Of a stretch of 64,000 nucleotides of DNA, positions 44,640 to 54,764 are shown one piece after another. The stretch comes from Planctomycetota bacterium (GTDB taxonomy: Bacteria > Planctomycetota > SZUA-567 > H5-PLA8). The stretch's first letter is position 1. Every line of letters begins with the position of its first letter. The stretch lies in contig JBBRQD010000009.1 in assembly GCA_038227045.1 (NCBI GenBank), forward strand, positions 14,112 through 78,111, in the 5' to 3' direction. The position numbers were made by a program, and so were the translations under genes. The notes beneath the pieces were generated by a model. It did not search any database, was not told where the DNA came from, and worked only from the letters and a program-made list of their open reading frames with translations.

Positions 44640-46078
44640 AAAACAATCTCCTGACCGAACTCCACCGCCTGCAAAGCCGCCGGCGCTTCCTCGAACGCAT
44701 GGGCCTGAGTTTCAGCGGTCTCGCTTTGCAGGCCATGATGGTTCGCGACGCGATGGCTGACGAAGCAATTAAGCCCGCCAACCCGCCGAAAGCGAAGCGC
44801 GTGATCTGGCTGTTCATGCGCGGCGGCGTCAGTCACATGGAAAGCTTCGATCCGAAACCCGCGATCAACAAATACGCTGGCAAATCGATTCCGGAAACAC
44901 CCTACAAGGACGTGCAGTCCCCGGAGAAACTCAAGAAAGTGCGCGTGGTCGTGGTGAACGACGCAAACGGCAAACAGCGCAACGTCATCTACCCGCTGCA
45001 AGTCGGCTGGAAAAAGTATGGCCAATGCGGCGTGGAAATCAGCGACTGGTTCCCGCACATCGGCTCGTGCGCGGACGACATCGCGTTCATCCGCAGCATG
45101 TGGACCACCGACGACAACCACGGCGCGCAGGTTCAGTTCCACAGCGGCCGCCACATGCTCGAGCCGCGCGTGCCGACGATCGGCGCGTGGGTGACCTATG
45201 GCCTCGGCTCGATGACCGAAGACCTGCCGTCCTTCGTCAACATGGGGCCGCGCTATTTCGATACGCGCGACGGCCACTACCTTGGCCCGGCGTTCGACGC
45301 CGTCAACTTGCGCGTCGATCCAAAGAATCCGCTCACCTTCGCCGCGCCGGAAGTGCCGCTCGACAAAGCCGAGCAGACCGCTCAATTCGATCTCGTTCAG
45401 CGACTCGATCAACTCGCCGCAAAAGAATACCCGGACGACAAGGCGATGCTTGCGCGCATGAAGAGCTACCAACTTGCGTTCAAAATGCAGACCGCCGTGC
45501 CGGAGACGATGAACCTCGACGCCGAAAGTACCGCGACGAAGGCGCTCTATGGACTCGACAACAAGGACACGGAACCGTTCGCGCGCCAGCTCATCGTCGC
45601 GCGGCGCCTGGCCGAGCGCGGCGTGCGCTTCATTCAGATTCAGCACGGCGACGGCGCGGCCGGAGCATGGGATTCGCATTCGGGCCTGAAAGTCAATCAC
45701 ACCAAACTCGCGACGCAGGTGGACAAACCGATTTCGGGCCTCTTAAAAGATCTGAAACAACGCGGCCTGCTCGACGACACGCTCGTGGTCTTCGCAACAG
45801 AATTCGGCCGCACCCCGGGTTCGCAGGGCAGCGACGGCCGCGATCATCACCCCTACGGTTTCAGCGTCTGGATGGCCGGCGGCGGCATCAAGGGCGGCAC
45901 CATTCACGGCGCAACAGACGAACTCGGCTTCCACGCCGTCGAGCATCCGCACTACGTCACCGACGTCCACGCAACAATCATGCATCTCCTCGGCCTCGAC
46001 CCCCGAAAGCTCGAAGTCCCCGGGCGCAAACGATTGGACAGAGACTTCGGAAACGTAATCGCAGAAGTGCTCGCTTAG
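44636..46078 (+). CDS. DUF1501 (sulfatase-like) protein with Tat signal
   Basis: [31 protein letters not shown]. The start overlaps the upstream stop as [23 protein letters not shown] is present. Confidence 0.92.
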   Translation: MKNNLLTELHRLQSRRRFLERMGLSFSGLALQAMMVRDAMADEAIKPANPPKAKRVIWLFMRGGVSHMESFDPKPAINKYAGKSIPETPYKDVQSPEKLKKVRVVVVNDANGKQRNVIYPLQVGWKKYGQCGVEISDWFPHIGSCADDIAFIRSMWTTDDNHGAQVQFHSGRHMLEPRVPTIGAWVTYGLGSMTEDLPSFVNMGPRYFDTRDGHYLGPAFDAVNLRVDPKNPLTFAAPEVPLDKAEQTAQFDLVQRLDQLAAKEYPDDKAMLARMKSYQLAFKMQTAVPETMNLDAESTATKALYGLDNKDTEPFARQLIVARRLAERGVRFIQIQHGDGAAGAWDSHSGLKVNHTKLATQVDKPISGLLKDLKQRGLLDDTLVVFATEFGRTPGSQGSDGRDHHPYGFSVWMAGGGIKGGTIHGATDELGFHAVEHPHYVTDVHATIMHLLGLDPRKLEVPGRKRLDRDFGNVIAEVLA

Positions 46079-46096
46079 AAAAGAGCCGCGACCGCG

Positions 46097-46253
46097 CCCC
46101 CTCTCCCCCCGGGAGAGGGCCGACGAGCAGCCGTATCGCTCGCGGGGCGAGGGAGATCGTTGACTAATCAGCGCATATTGATTAAATCAGCGACCTCCCT
46201 CACCCCGGACTACGCTTGCGCTCCGTCTCGACCCTCTCCCGGGAGAAGAGGGC
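46097..46253. repeat. two F7 palindromic hairpins (46097..46120 and 46232..46253) flanking a short spacer
   Basis: The two hairpins are ccctctcccccc-gggagaggg and ccctctccc-gggagaagaggg. Confidence 0.6.
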
Positions 46254-46270
46254 AACAGCATCAAGCCTTT

Positions 46271-46304
46271 CTCTTTGCGCCTCTGCGTCTTTGCGAGAGA
46301 AAAT
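46271..46304 (+). repeat. F1 array
   Basis: ctctttgcgcctctgcgtctttgcgagagaaaat lies 40 nt upstream of ATG 46344. Confidence 0.7.
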
Positions 46305-46343
46305 AATGCGGTGTATACAATCCCGGCCACCGGAAATCCTCGA

Positions 46344-49154
46344 ATGCGTCGTCCACTCCTCGCTGCTCTGCTGATATGCGTCGCCGTCTCAACACACGCT
46401 GAAAATTTCTCAGGCGCAATCACGCTCGAACTCGTGGATGGAATCTTCACCAAGCGCGAAAACACCGACGCCAAACCCTGTGACTTGACGCTCGACATTT
46501 CCTGCGAGAATGGCAAGTGGAGCACCGAACTCTGGGGGTACAGCGCACCGCTCAGCCGATTTTGGCACAGCGGCGAATTGGCCAGCGCCGCCGGAGACGC
46601 GGACGGCGAACTTCATCTCGCTGCGAAAATGTCCGTTAGCCGCGACGTGGGCCACGATGTCGGCGATGCCGAATACAAAATCGACCTCAAGCGAACCGGC
46701 CCCGCAAGTCCGATGCTCGAAGGTAAATTCGAAGGCTCGTTCCGGGGTGAGAAACTCAAGGGCATCGTCATTGGCCGGATCAAGCCGCTCCCCGCAAAGG
46801 TACCGGGTTTTGAGGAAGTGACATCCGGCGAGCACCCCCGGCTGCTTTTCCGAAAAAAGGAAATTCCGATGCTCCGCGAAAAAGCGAAGACTCCCGCCGG
46901 ACTGGCGATACTTGCTCAATTGCGCGAGAAACTCCAATCCCCCGCCGCGCCACGCGAAAAATCGGTTCATGCCACCGCCTTCGGATTGCTCTACATTCTC
47001 AGCGGCGACAAGCAGCAGGCAGAAGCTGCAATGAACATCGTCGAAGCCGCTCTCCGCGACGATTTCTGCACTAACCGCTACCTGTCGTCCGACGCGCTGA
47101 TCGGCGTCGCACTTGCGTACGATCTGTGCTATGACGCCTGGACCCCCGAATACCGCGCCGTCGTGTCCGCTTTTATCGACGATCGCGTCCGCTACATGAT
47201 CGTCTCCGACGGTTACGATCCGTTGCGGGAAGGCAGCGCACCCAGCGCCCTCGATTACGATCAGAATCCCGGCAGCGAGTGGCAGGCAAAAGTGCGCGGC
47301 GCGGCGGCTTTCGCGGCGCTCGCGATCGCTCACGATCCCAGCAATACGCCGCCCGAACCCCAGCCGCCGCAAGTCCGGACGATCGAGCCACTGGCGGACT
47401 TGGACCTTGGACGCGGCCTGCCCTTGAATAAAATCGAACACGATATCATTCCGGGGCGCTGGCTTTTCACGGGACCGTTCTCCCCGCCGGACAAAAACGC
47501 GTGGGGGCCGCAGCCGCCGCAAGGGCTGCTGGATTATTTGGAATCCATCGGCGGGCACCGGCACCTGCGCGCCGACATCGGGACGCGCGCGCGGGCATTC
47601 GGCATGACGCGCGATTTCACCGCGCTGCCGCCGCTGTCGTTCGGCAAATATATCGCCGACAGAAGCGTCATCGACCCGGGCGCGCTGACAAATTTCACCG
47701 CGCCGAGCGTCTGTTATTTTTACACGGCAATCGAGAACGATCGCGCGCGGCCCGTGAAAGTTCTCACGAATGTCGGATGGCGCATTCCACAGATGGCGCT
47801 GTGGCTTTCGGGGCAGGATATTAAGAAAGGCGACTTGCTTCAACTCGCACCCGGACGGCACACGTTGCTGGTTCGCGTCGCGCTGGAGCAGCCGCAGCCT
47901 TATCTGATTTGCCCGCGTTTGTACCTGCTCAGCGATGAGGAGTTCAAAACTGAAACCGACGATCGGATTGCGGAGTGGCAGGCAAAAAAGAAGGAACAGG
48001 AAACAGGCGGCAACCGGTTTGAAAAAGTCATGCGAAGCGAGACAGTGGCCGAGCACGCGCTTCAGCGGTTTCTCGAACGCGGGCTGTTTGATTGCCTCGA
48101 CGATTCAAACCCGGCGCTGCCCGCAACGCTGGGGCGAAGCCTTCTACCATTTCTGATTGCCCATCGAAACGTCAAAGGCGCCGATTTCACAACCGGCACA
48201 CCCGGCGAAATGATTGTGGATTTCTGTCTGATGCAAACGATCGCTGACCGCGCAAAACCGTCAGCCGTGGTGCGGCCTGAATGGGTCGCGCCGGGAATGA
48301 GTGCGTCGTGCGTGGAAACGTCGCGCCCATTTATTGCAAATGCAATCGATCGGTTTTGGGGCATGCGCGGAGACAAGAGTTTCGGAATCGCCGCGCCTCA
48401 ACAAGGGGTGTTTGCCATGACCAATTTGCTCCACGCCTCGGAGACGGGCGAAGCCTTTGAATTTCCGAAGACGTTTAAAGATCCCAGTGGCACCGTCTGG
48501 GTTTTCAGAAATGTCTGGAAAGATGCCGACGACATTGCCGCCACGGTGAACCTGTCGGCACTCCAACCCAAACGCGTGAACAGAGAAACGTTGGGTTCCG
48601 CATTTCTGAAAATCGCCGGTCTCGGTTCGCGCTGGCAATTGCGCGAAAACCTCGAACACGATCTGCCCGCCGCGAACCGCGAGCACACCGTCGTCCCGCC
48701 GCGCAATTGTGTTTCCGATTTGCGGCCGGACGGCTCCGGCTTCGTCACTGAAAATGGACGCGATCGAAACACGTCGTTTGCGGCCGACTATAGCGGCGCG
48801 TCCGGTGCTCCCGCCATCTTCGTGATCGCCTGCAAATCGGAGAGCGCCACCTTTTGGACGCTCGACGCCGGTATGAATTGCGCCGTGAGCATCGGCGACC
48901 AGGGCTTCACCGTGACCGCCCAATCCGGCACGCGCCTGCAAGGCCGCTTCTCCACGACGCCCGAGAAGCTTCACACGCGCGAACTCTCGAACGTCATTGA
49001 GGTTTCGTGCAAAAGCGATTTCACGCTCACGCTGACGCTGGCCAAAGGCACCGTTCCGGAAGCCACCTTCGACGGCACCGGAAAAGATCTGAAAATTCAC
49101 ATTGGGCCGCAACAAATATCGTTCGACGCGGAAAAAATTATATTTGCCAAATAA
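46344..49154 (+). CDS. large secreted hypothetical protein, possibly with heparinase II/III- or alginate-lyase-like alpha/alpha region
   Basis: The signal peptide is MRRPLLAALLICVAVSTHA. HPRLLFRKKEIPMLREKAKTPAG and AFGLLYILSGDKQQAEAA resemble the N-terminal part of that lyase family. This is weak motif-level evidence only. Confidence 0.75.
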   Translation: MRRPLLAALLICVAVSTHAENFSGAITLELVDGIFTKRENTDAKPCDLTLDISCENGKWSTELWGYSAPLSRFWHSGELASAAGDADGELHLAAKMSVSRDVGHDVGDAEYKIDLKRTGPASPMLEGKFEGSFRGEKLKGIVIGRIKPLPAKVPGFEEVTSGEHPRLLFRKKEIPMLREKAKTPAGLAILAQLREKLQSPAAPREKSVHATAFGLLYILSGDKQQAEAAMNIVEAALRDDFCTNRYLSSDALIGVALAYDLCYDAWTPEYRAVVSAFIDDRVRYMIVSDGYDPLREGSAPSALDYDQNPGSEWQAKVRGAAAFAALAIAHDPSNTPPEPQPPQVRTIEPLADLDLGRGLPLNKIEHDIIPGRWLFTGPFSPPDKNAWGPQPPQGLLDYLESIGGHRHLRADIGTRARAFGMTRDFTALPPLSFGKYIADRSVIDPGALTNFTAPSVCYFYTAIENDRARPVKVLTNVGWRIPQMALWLSGQDIKKGDLLQLAPGRHTLLVRVALEQPQPYLICPRLYLLSDEEFKTETDDRIAEWQAKKKEQETGGNRFEKVMRSETVAEHALQRFLERGLFDCLDDSNPALPATLGRSLLPFLIAHRNVKGADFTTGTPGEMIVDFCLMQTIADRAKPSAVVRPEWVAPGMSASCVETSRPFIANAIDRFWGMRGDKSFGIAAPQQGVFAMTNLLHASETGEAFEFPKTFKDPSGTVWVFRNVWKDADDIAATVNLSALQPKRVNRETLGSAFLKIAGLGSRWQLRENLEHDLPAANREHTVVPPRNCVSDLRPDGSGFVTENGRDRNTSFAADYSGASGAPAIFVIACKSESATFWTLDAGMNCAVSIGDQGFTVTAQSGTRLQGRFSTTPEKLHTRELSNVIEVSCKSDFTLTLTLAKGTVPEATFDGTGKDLKIHIGPQQISFDAEKIIFAK

Positions 49155-49224
49155 CGCCTACGCATCCGGGTGTACTCAACAAAACAATCGGTAACCAGAT
49201 AATTCAACGCGAGAGGACGCAAAG

Positions 49225-49280
49225 GTTCGGAGTTCAGCCTTCAGGCTGATATGGGTGCAGCCTGAAGGCTGAACTCCAAA
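49225..49280. repeat. F3 hairpin element, near-perfect copy
   Basis: gttcggagttcagccttcaggctg-atatgggtg-cagcctgaaggctgaactccaaac has a 24-bp stem with 1 mismatch. It is flanked by inverted F1-like sequence. Confidence 0.8.
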
Positions 49281-49283
49281 CAA

Positions 49284-49320
49284 TTCTCTGCGCACCTCTG
49301 CGTCCTCTTGCGGTAAAAAA
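49284..49320 (+). repeat. F1 array variant abutting the moxR SD
   Basis: ttctctgcgcacctctgcgtcctcttgcggtaaaaaa. Confidence 0.6.
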
Positions 49321-49330
49321 CGGAGGTTCC

Positions 49331-50398
49331 ATGGCTGCAACGCCTGCAAATCCTGAACTAAGCGCCGACGACGAAAAAGCCGTCAAGCGCCTGCGCGACG
49401 CCCGAGACAAAATCGTCGGCGAACTGCAGAAAGTCATCGTCGGCCAAACTGATGTCATCGACGAAATGATGATCGCGATCTTTGCGCGCGGACATTGCCT
49501 GCTCGTCGGCGTGCCCGGCCTCGCGAAGACGCTCCTCGTCAGCACGCTTGCCAAGACGATGTCGCTGTCCTTCAAGCGCATTCAGTTCACGCCCGACTTG
49601 ATGCCGTCCGACATCACCGGCACTGAAATCCTGCAGGACGATCCGGAAACCGGCCACCGCAAGTTCATGTTCGCCAAAGGCCCGATCTTCGCCAACCTGG
49701 TTCTCGCCGACGAAATCAATCGAACGCCGCCGAAGACTCAAGCCGCGCTCCTCGAAGCCATGCAGGAAAAAAAGGTCTCTGCCGCCGGCGAAGATTACGT
49801 TCTCGACGAACCGTTCTTCGTGCTCGCGACGCAAAATCCAATCGAACAGGAAGGCACCTATCCGCTCCCCGAAGCGCAGTTGGACCGCTTCCTCTTCAAC
49901 ATCTTCGTCGACTACCCGAATTGGGACGAAGAAATCCAAATCATGAAGCGCGTCACCGGCGCGGCCGAATCGCAGCTCGAATCGGTGCTGCACAAGGAAG
50001 ACATCATCGCGCTGCAGAAGCTCGTTCGCCGCACGCCCGTCGCCGATCACATTTTCAACTACGCCGCGAAACTCGTCCGCTCGACACGCCCGAAGGAACC
50101 CGATGCGCCGGCGTTCATCAAGGACTGGCTCACCTTCGGCGCCGGGCCGCGCGCCAGCCTCAATTTGATTCTCGCCGGGAAAGCCCGCGCCATTTTGCGC
50201 GGCCGCTTCCACGTCTCAATCGATGATATCAAGGCCGTCGCGCTGCCGGTTTTGCGCCACCGCATCATCCCTAATTTCGCCGCGCAGTCCGAAGGACTGA
50301 GCACCGACGATATCGTTAAAAAACTAATTGAAACGATCCCCTCCGACGAGCGCCTCTACGATGCAAGCCGAAGCAAAGAAAAATCCGCGGTATCTTGA
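49331..50398 (+). CDS. MoxR-family AAA+ ATPase
   Basis: HCLLVGVPGLAKT is Walker A and LADEINR is Walker B. GGAGG lies 5 nt upstream. Confidence 0.95.
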   Translation: MAATPANPELSADDEKAVKRLRDARDKIVGELQKVIVGQTDVIDEMMIAIFARGHCLLVGVPGLAKTLLVSTLAKTMSLSFKRIQFTPDLMPSDITGTEILQDDPETGHRKFMFAKGPIFANLVLADEINRTPPKTQAALLEAMQEKKVSAAGEDYVLDEPFFVLATQNPIEQEGTYPLPEAQLDRFLFNIFVDYPNWDEEIQIMKRVTGAAESQLESVLHKEDIIALQKLVRRTPVADHIFNYAAKLVRSTRPKEPDAPAFIKDWLTFGAGPRASLNLILAGKARAILRGRFHVSIDDIKAVALPVLRHRIIPNFAAQSEGLSTDDIVKKLIETIPSDERLYDASRSKEKSAVS

Positions 50399-51275
50399 AC
50401 CGGCGGTGCTGCAGAAGCTCGGCAGCCTCGACCTGATCGCGCGCGAAGTGGTCGAAGGCGTCCGCGTCGGCATGCACAAAAGCCCGCTGCGCGGCTTCAG
50501 CACCGAATTCGCCCAGCACCGCCAGTACGTGCCCGGCGACGAGTTGCGCCACGTCGACTGGCGCGTCTATGGACGCACCGGCCGATACTACTTGAAGCTC
50601 TACGAAGCCGAAACGAATTTCACCGCCAACCTGCTGCTCGACGCCAGCCGCTCGATGCATTACGGTTCCGGCCCGGTCAACAAGCTCGAATACGCAAAAT
50701 ACATGGCCGCAAGCCTGGCGTATTTGATCATCGAACAGCGCGATTCGGTGGGTCTCGCGGTCTTCGATTCGGTGCTGAAACAATACATCGCGCCCAAGAG
50801 CACGATGTCGGTCGTCCGCAACATCGCCGCCGAATTGGAGAAGGTCAAGCCCGAGCCGCGCACGAACATCGCCGCGCTGCTGCATGAATTCGCCAACCGC
50901 ATCACGCGCCGCGGCTTCGTGGTTCTGTTCTCCGATTTACTCGACAATACCGAAGAGTTCCTGAAGGGCCTCGATCATCTGCGGTATCGCGGCCACAACG
51001 TCTGCGTATTTCATTTGATGGACCCGTTTGAATTGGAATTTCCATTCGACGGCTCGATGAAATTTGTCGGCCTCGAAAACGACGGCGAGATCGTCACGCA
51101 GCCCAAACGCGTGCGCGCGCGGTACCTCGAAGAAGTTCAAAAATTCCTGCGGCACGTCAAGACGTCGTGCGAACGCCGGCAGGTCGATTACGTGTTGGTG
51201 AATACCGCCAAGCCGCTCGATGGCGTGCTGTCGGCGTATTTGCTCAGCCGTTACAGAACGCTTTCGGCGAGATAA
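50361..51275 (+). CDS. DUF58-domain protein (vWA-like, MoxR partner)
   Basis: GMHKSPLRGFSTEFAQHRQYVPGDELRHVDWRVYGRT is the DUF58 signature. It overlaps the moxR 3' end by 38 nt. Confidence 0.9.
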   Translation: MQAEAKKNPRYLEPAVLQKLGSLDLIAREVVEGVRVGMHKSPLRGFSTEFAQHRQYVPGDELRHVDWRVYGRTGRYYLKLYEAETNFTANLLLDASRSMHYGSGPVNKLEYAKYMAASLAYLIIEQRDSVGLAVFDSVLKQYIAPKSTMSVVRNIAAELEKVKPEPRTNIAALLHEFANRITRRGFVVLFSDLLDNTEEFLKGLDHLRYRGHNVCVFHLMDPFELEFPFDGSMKFVGLENDGEIVTQPKRVRARYLEEVQKFLRHVKTSCERRQVDYVLVNTAKPLDGVLSAYLLSRYRTLSAR

Positions 51276-51279
51276 AAAA

Positions 51280-51347
51280 AGCCGCGCACGTAAGTAAGCG
51301 GCATTACTACACGGCACATTTTTAGCCGCTTACTGACGTGCGCGGCT
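51280..51347. repeat. F5 palindromic element, copy 1
   Basis: agccgcgcacgtaagtaagcggc-[22-nt loop]-gccgcttactgacgtgcgcggct has 23-bp arms with 1 mismatch. Confidence 0.8.
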
Positions 51348-51362
51348 CTGGAATGAGACTGA

Positions 51363-52478
51363 ATGATGACAATCGGAGCAATTAATGTGAGAAGACAAGG
51401 ATTGAGCGTTGCATCGCTCTGCCTCCTTCTATTGCTCTCATCGCGGATATGCCGCGCCGATTCTGTCGTGACCGCAAAGGAGCGCTTCGAAGGCTCTTTG
51501 ATTCTCAAGGACGGGCAGTTGCTCGTGGCTGAAAATCCGGTTGCGTGGAAGGATGTCAGCTACCTTATTAGAGACAACGCGCCGCAGACGATCAGTTCCT
51601 CCCGCATGATTCGCTTGAAGAACGGCGAGGTCTGGGCGACTGAAATCTCCGGTTTCATCGGCAAGAAACTGAGCATCGATTCGCCGCTCTTCGGATCGCA
51701 GCGCATCGACTCCGCGATTCTCGCCAGCATCGATTTTAGCCAGAATCTCGAATTGAATTCAAGCCGCCCCTCCACGCTGTACCGCGACGGTGCCCAGCCG
51801 ATTCCCGGCGACATTCTCTGGATCGATCGCGAAAAAATCGGCATGAATACGGCGTTGGGATCACTGACGCTCGCCCGCGAAAACGCACTGCGTTTCGTCT
51901 TCTCAATCGACAATAAAGATGCCGGCATGGCGCTCGATGAAATCCGCCTGCGTGACGGGAGCGTCTTCAAAGGCAAAGCTGAACTCAATGGCTCGAACAT
52001 CGAACTGACGCACGCCATCCTCGGCAAACTCGCATTTCCGCTCAACGCGGTCTGGTCTGCTCAACGCTATTCTTCTGCCGCCGCCAAAGTCGCGGGATTC
52101 GCGCCCGAAAATGTTCAATTCGTTCCGCTCATCGCCACAAAAATGGTGCCTGAAACCGCCGCTGAAAACGAAACCGGAATCTGGGGCGTCAAACTGTGGC
52201 CGGGCACAATCGCGAAACTTCCGATTCCCGAACGTGCCGAAAAAACGATCTTCCGCACGAGCCTCAAAAACGTGGCCGATGCGCGCAGCGGCGCGTCGGT
52301 AAAGATTTCGGCCGGAGGTAAAGTGCTCTTCGAGAAAGCACTTTCCGGCTCCCGCGGCGAATGGCTTTCGCTGGAATTGCCCAAAACAAAAGAACTCGAA
52401 ATAGAAGTGAATTTCGCCGGGGCATTGCGCTTTCCGGCTGGCGTCGTTTTGAGCGAAGCGCAACTGGTGTCTGAGTAA
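51363..52478 (+). CDS. secreted hypothetical protein, C-terminal NPCBM/NEW2-like beta-sandwich
   Basis: The signal is LCLLLLLSSRICRADS. The C-terminus reads FRTSLKNVADARSGASVKISAGGKVLFEKALSG...LSLELPKTKELEIEVNFAG. Confidence 0.72.
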   Translation: MMTIGAINVRRQGLSVASLCLLLLLSSRICRADSVVTAKERFEGSLILKDGQLLVAENPVAWKDVSYLIRDNAPQTISSSRMIRLKNGEVWATEISGFIGKKLSIDSPLFGSQRIDSAILASIDFSQNLELNSSRPSTLYRDGAQPIPGDILWIDREKIGMNTALGSLTLARENALRFVFSIDNKDAGMALDEIRLRDGSVFKGKAELNGSNIELTHAILGKLAFPLNAVWSAQRYSSAAAKVAGFAPENVQFVPLIATKMVPETAAENETGIWGVKLWPGTIAKLPIPERAEKTIFRTSLKNVADARSGASVKISAGGKVLFEKALSGSRGEWLSLELPKTKELEIEVNFAGALRFPAGVVLSEAQLVSE

Positions 52479-52482
52479 ACTG

Positions 52483-54714
52483 ATGACTTTTTTGAATCCA
52501 CTATGGCTTTGGGGTTGGCTTGCGCTCGGTGGCATCAGCGTGCCCATCATTATCCACCTGCTCAACAAGCTGCGTCACAAGCAGACCGACTGGGCCGCGA
52601 TGGAATTTTTGCGCAAAGCACTGCTCGTTCGCTCGCGCCGCATCCGCATCGAAGACATCCTTTTGCTGATTCTGCGCTGCCTCGCGATCGCGCTGGTGGC
52701 CTTTGCATTGGTCCGTCCAACGCTCAGCGCCTCCAGCGCCAAACTGCTCGGCGGCGGTCAAAGCGGCATCGTGATCGGACTCGACGGCTCCTTTAGCATG
52801 GCGCACGGCGTGACGGGCGCGTCGCGTTTCGACCGCGCCAAGCAGCGGCTCGATGAAATTCTCGGCACCATCACACCGGGCAGCCCGGTGACGCTCGTCG
52901 AAATGGGCAGCCGTCCGCGCATTCTGATGCGCAACGTCGGCTACGAGAAGAATCACTTCGCCGAAATCATCGCGGGCACGAAAGTCCTCCCGGAAAAAAT
53001 GAATCTCGAACCGTGCCTCGAAGAACTCGAAACGCTCATGGCCGAAATTCACGCGGCGTCGAAAGAATGCTACCTGATCAGCGACGCGCAGATCAAATCA
53101 TGGGAGGCGCTCTCGGACAAATCGAAAAAATCGATGCAGACGTTGAGCAACCTCGGCAAGCTCTTCGTCATTTCCACTGCGAGCGACGACTTCGAGAACG
53201 CGGCGCTCACGCGCTTTGAATTGGGCTCCGGTGCACTGCGCAAAGGCGCGACCGCGCGCTATGTCGCCGAAGTTCGCAACTTCGGCCAGCGCCCGATGCA
53301 GGAGGTGTCCGTCAGCCTCTCGGCAAACGACAAGATGATCGATCAGCGAGTCATCGCGCGGCTCAACGCCGGGCAGAGTGAAGTCGTGACGCTCTTTTTC
53401 CAATGTGCCGAAGCCGGCGATGTGCGCCTGACCGCCAGCCTCGGCCCGGACGCGTTGGTCATAGACAACACCCGGCACGCTGTCGCGCACGTCCGCGAAC
53501 AGGTGCGCGTGCTGCTCGTCGACGGCGAACCCTCGCCGCTGCCGTTTCAGAGCGAAACCGACTACCTCATGACCGCGCTCTTTCCGAAGAAAACAGCAGC
53601 GAGCCAGTCGATCACCGTGCAGCATGTCACAACGGCGGAACTCCCGACGCAGCCCTTCGCGGACTACGATATTGCGGTGCTGGCTAACGTCGCGGAATTG
53701 CCCGCTGAGCAAACGCGCGCATTGCACGCATTCGTCGAACGCGGCGGCGGACTGTTCATCTTCGTGGGAAAGAAGCTCACGCCGCAAGCGTTCAACACGT
53801 GGACTCAATCGGCCCAATTAGCACCGCTCGAAATCGGCGACGAGGTCGGCGACCCATCCGCGAAAAATGCGGGACAGTCGATCGACGCAAAATTTTCATC
53901 GCACCCGCTGGCCCAGAAAATCGCGTCGCTTCCATCGAAGATCGTCGACACGCCCCGCGTGCGCCGCTACTTCAGTTCCAAGCTGCTACCCGAAGGCCAG
54001 GAGATTCTGCGCATAGCGTCCGGGACAGGCATCGTCGGGTCTGACGTGCCGTTGCTTGCCGAACGCAAAGTCGGCCGTGGCAAAGTCCTCATGTTTACCA
54101 CGACCGCCGACCGCGAATGGACCGATTTGCCGATCCATCCGCTCTACTTAATTCTGCTCCACGAAGGCATCGGTTCGATGCTGGTGCAAGCCAATGAACG
54201 TCCGTTCGTCGTTGGCGATCCGTTGTTGCTTCAACTGCCGGGCCGCAGTGTCCAGGCTGCGTATTCGATCAAAAACCCAGCCGGCGAAAAGACCGAAGTC
54301 ACGCTCACCGACCGCGGCGGCGTTCCCACGCTCGAATACCCGCGTACCGATCTGCAAGGGTTTTACGAAATCCAGGCCGCCGGTGAAACCGCCGTGACGC
54401 TCATGGCGGCCAACGTGGACACCAGCGAATCCGACGTGCGCAGCCTGCGCGGCCCGGCGCTCAACACCGCGCTCGCCGGTGTCCCCGCGACAATCCTCAC
54501 CGACGATTCCGACGTCGTGCGGCTCATCACCGAATCGCGCCTTGGCCGGGAACTTTGGACCGAAATTCTGATATTGGCGCTGGCCGTTTTCCTCATCGAA
54601 TCTTTGCTGGCAAAGCGCTACTCAAAAGTCGTCACGGCAGAAGTCGCTCCATTGGGACGAAAATTGACCGCAGCGGAAATCTTGTCGGGAAGCGCCGAGA
54701 AAGTCGGAGTGTAA
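52483..54714 (+). CDS. BatA-type N-terminal double-TM domain protein with large extracytoplasmic region
   Basis: MTFLNPLWLWGWLALGGISVPIIIHLLNKLRHKQTDWAAMEFL matches the TIGR02226-like motif. The C-terminal TM is ILILALAVFLIESLLAKRY. Confidence 0.86.
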   Translation: MTFLNPLWLWGWLALGGISVPIIIHLLNKLRHKQTDWAAMEFLRKALLVRSRRIRIEDILLLILRCLAIALVAFALVRPTLSASSAKLLGGGQSGIVIGLDGSFSMAHGVTGASRFDRAKQRLDEILGTITPGSPVTLVEMGSRPRILMRNVGYEKNHFAEIIAGTKVLPEKMNLEPCLEELETLMAEIHAASKECYLISDAQIKSWEALSDKSKKSMQTLSNLGKLFVISTASDDFENAALTRFELGSGALRKGATARYVAEVRNFGQRPMQEVSVSLSANDKMIDQRVIARLNAGQSEVVTLFFQCAEAGDVRLTASLGPDALVIDNTRHAVAHVREQVRVLLVDGEPSPLPFQSETDYLMTALFPKKTAASQSITVQHVTTAELPTQPFADYDIAVLANVAELPAEQTRALHAFVERGGGLFIFVGKKLTPQAFNTWTQSAQLAPLEIGDEVGDPSAKNAGQSIDAKFSSHPLAQKIASLPSKIVDTPRVRRYFSSKLLPEGQEILRIASGTGIVGSDVPLLAERKVGRGKVLMFTTTADREWTDLPIHPLYLILLHEGIGSMLVQANERPFVVGDPLLLQLPGRSVQAAYSIKNPAGEKTEVTLTDRGGVPTLEYPRTDLQGFYEIQAAGETAVTLMAANVDTSESDVRSLRGPALNTALAGVPATILTDDSDVVRLITESRLGRELWTEILILALAVFLIESLLAKRYSKVVTAEVAPLGRKLTAAEILSGSAEKVGV

Positions 54715-54721
54715 AGAGTGA

Positions 54722-54749
54722 AAACCTGAAACCTGAAACCTGAAACCTT
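54722..54749 (+). repeat. four tandem (G)AAACCT heptamers (family F4) in the leader of the next gene
   Basis: aaacctg aaacctg aaacctg aaacctt ends 15 nt before ATG 54765. Confidence 0.8.
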
Positions 54750-54764
54750 TTTTAGTGGGAATCG

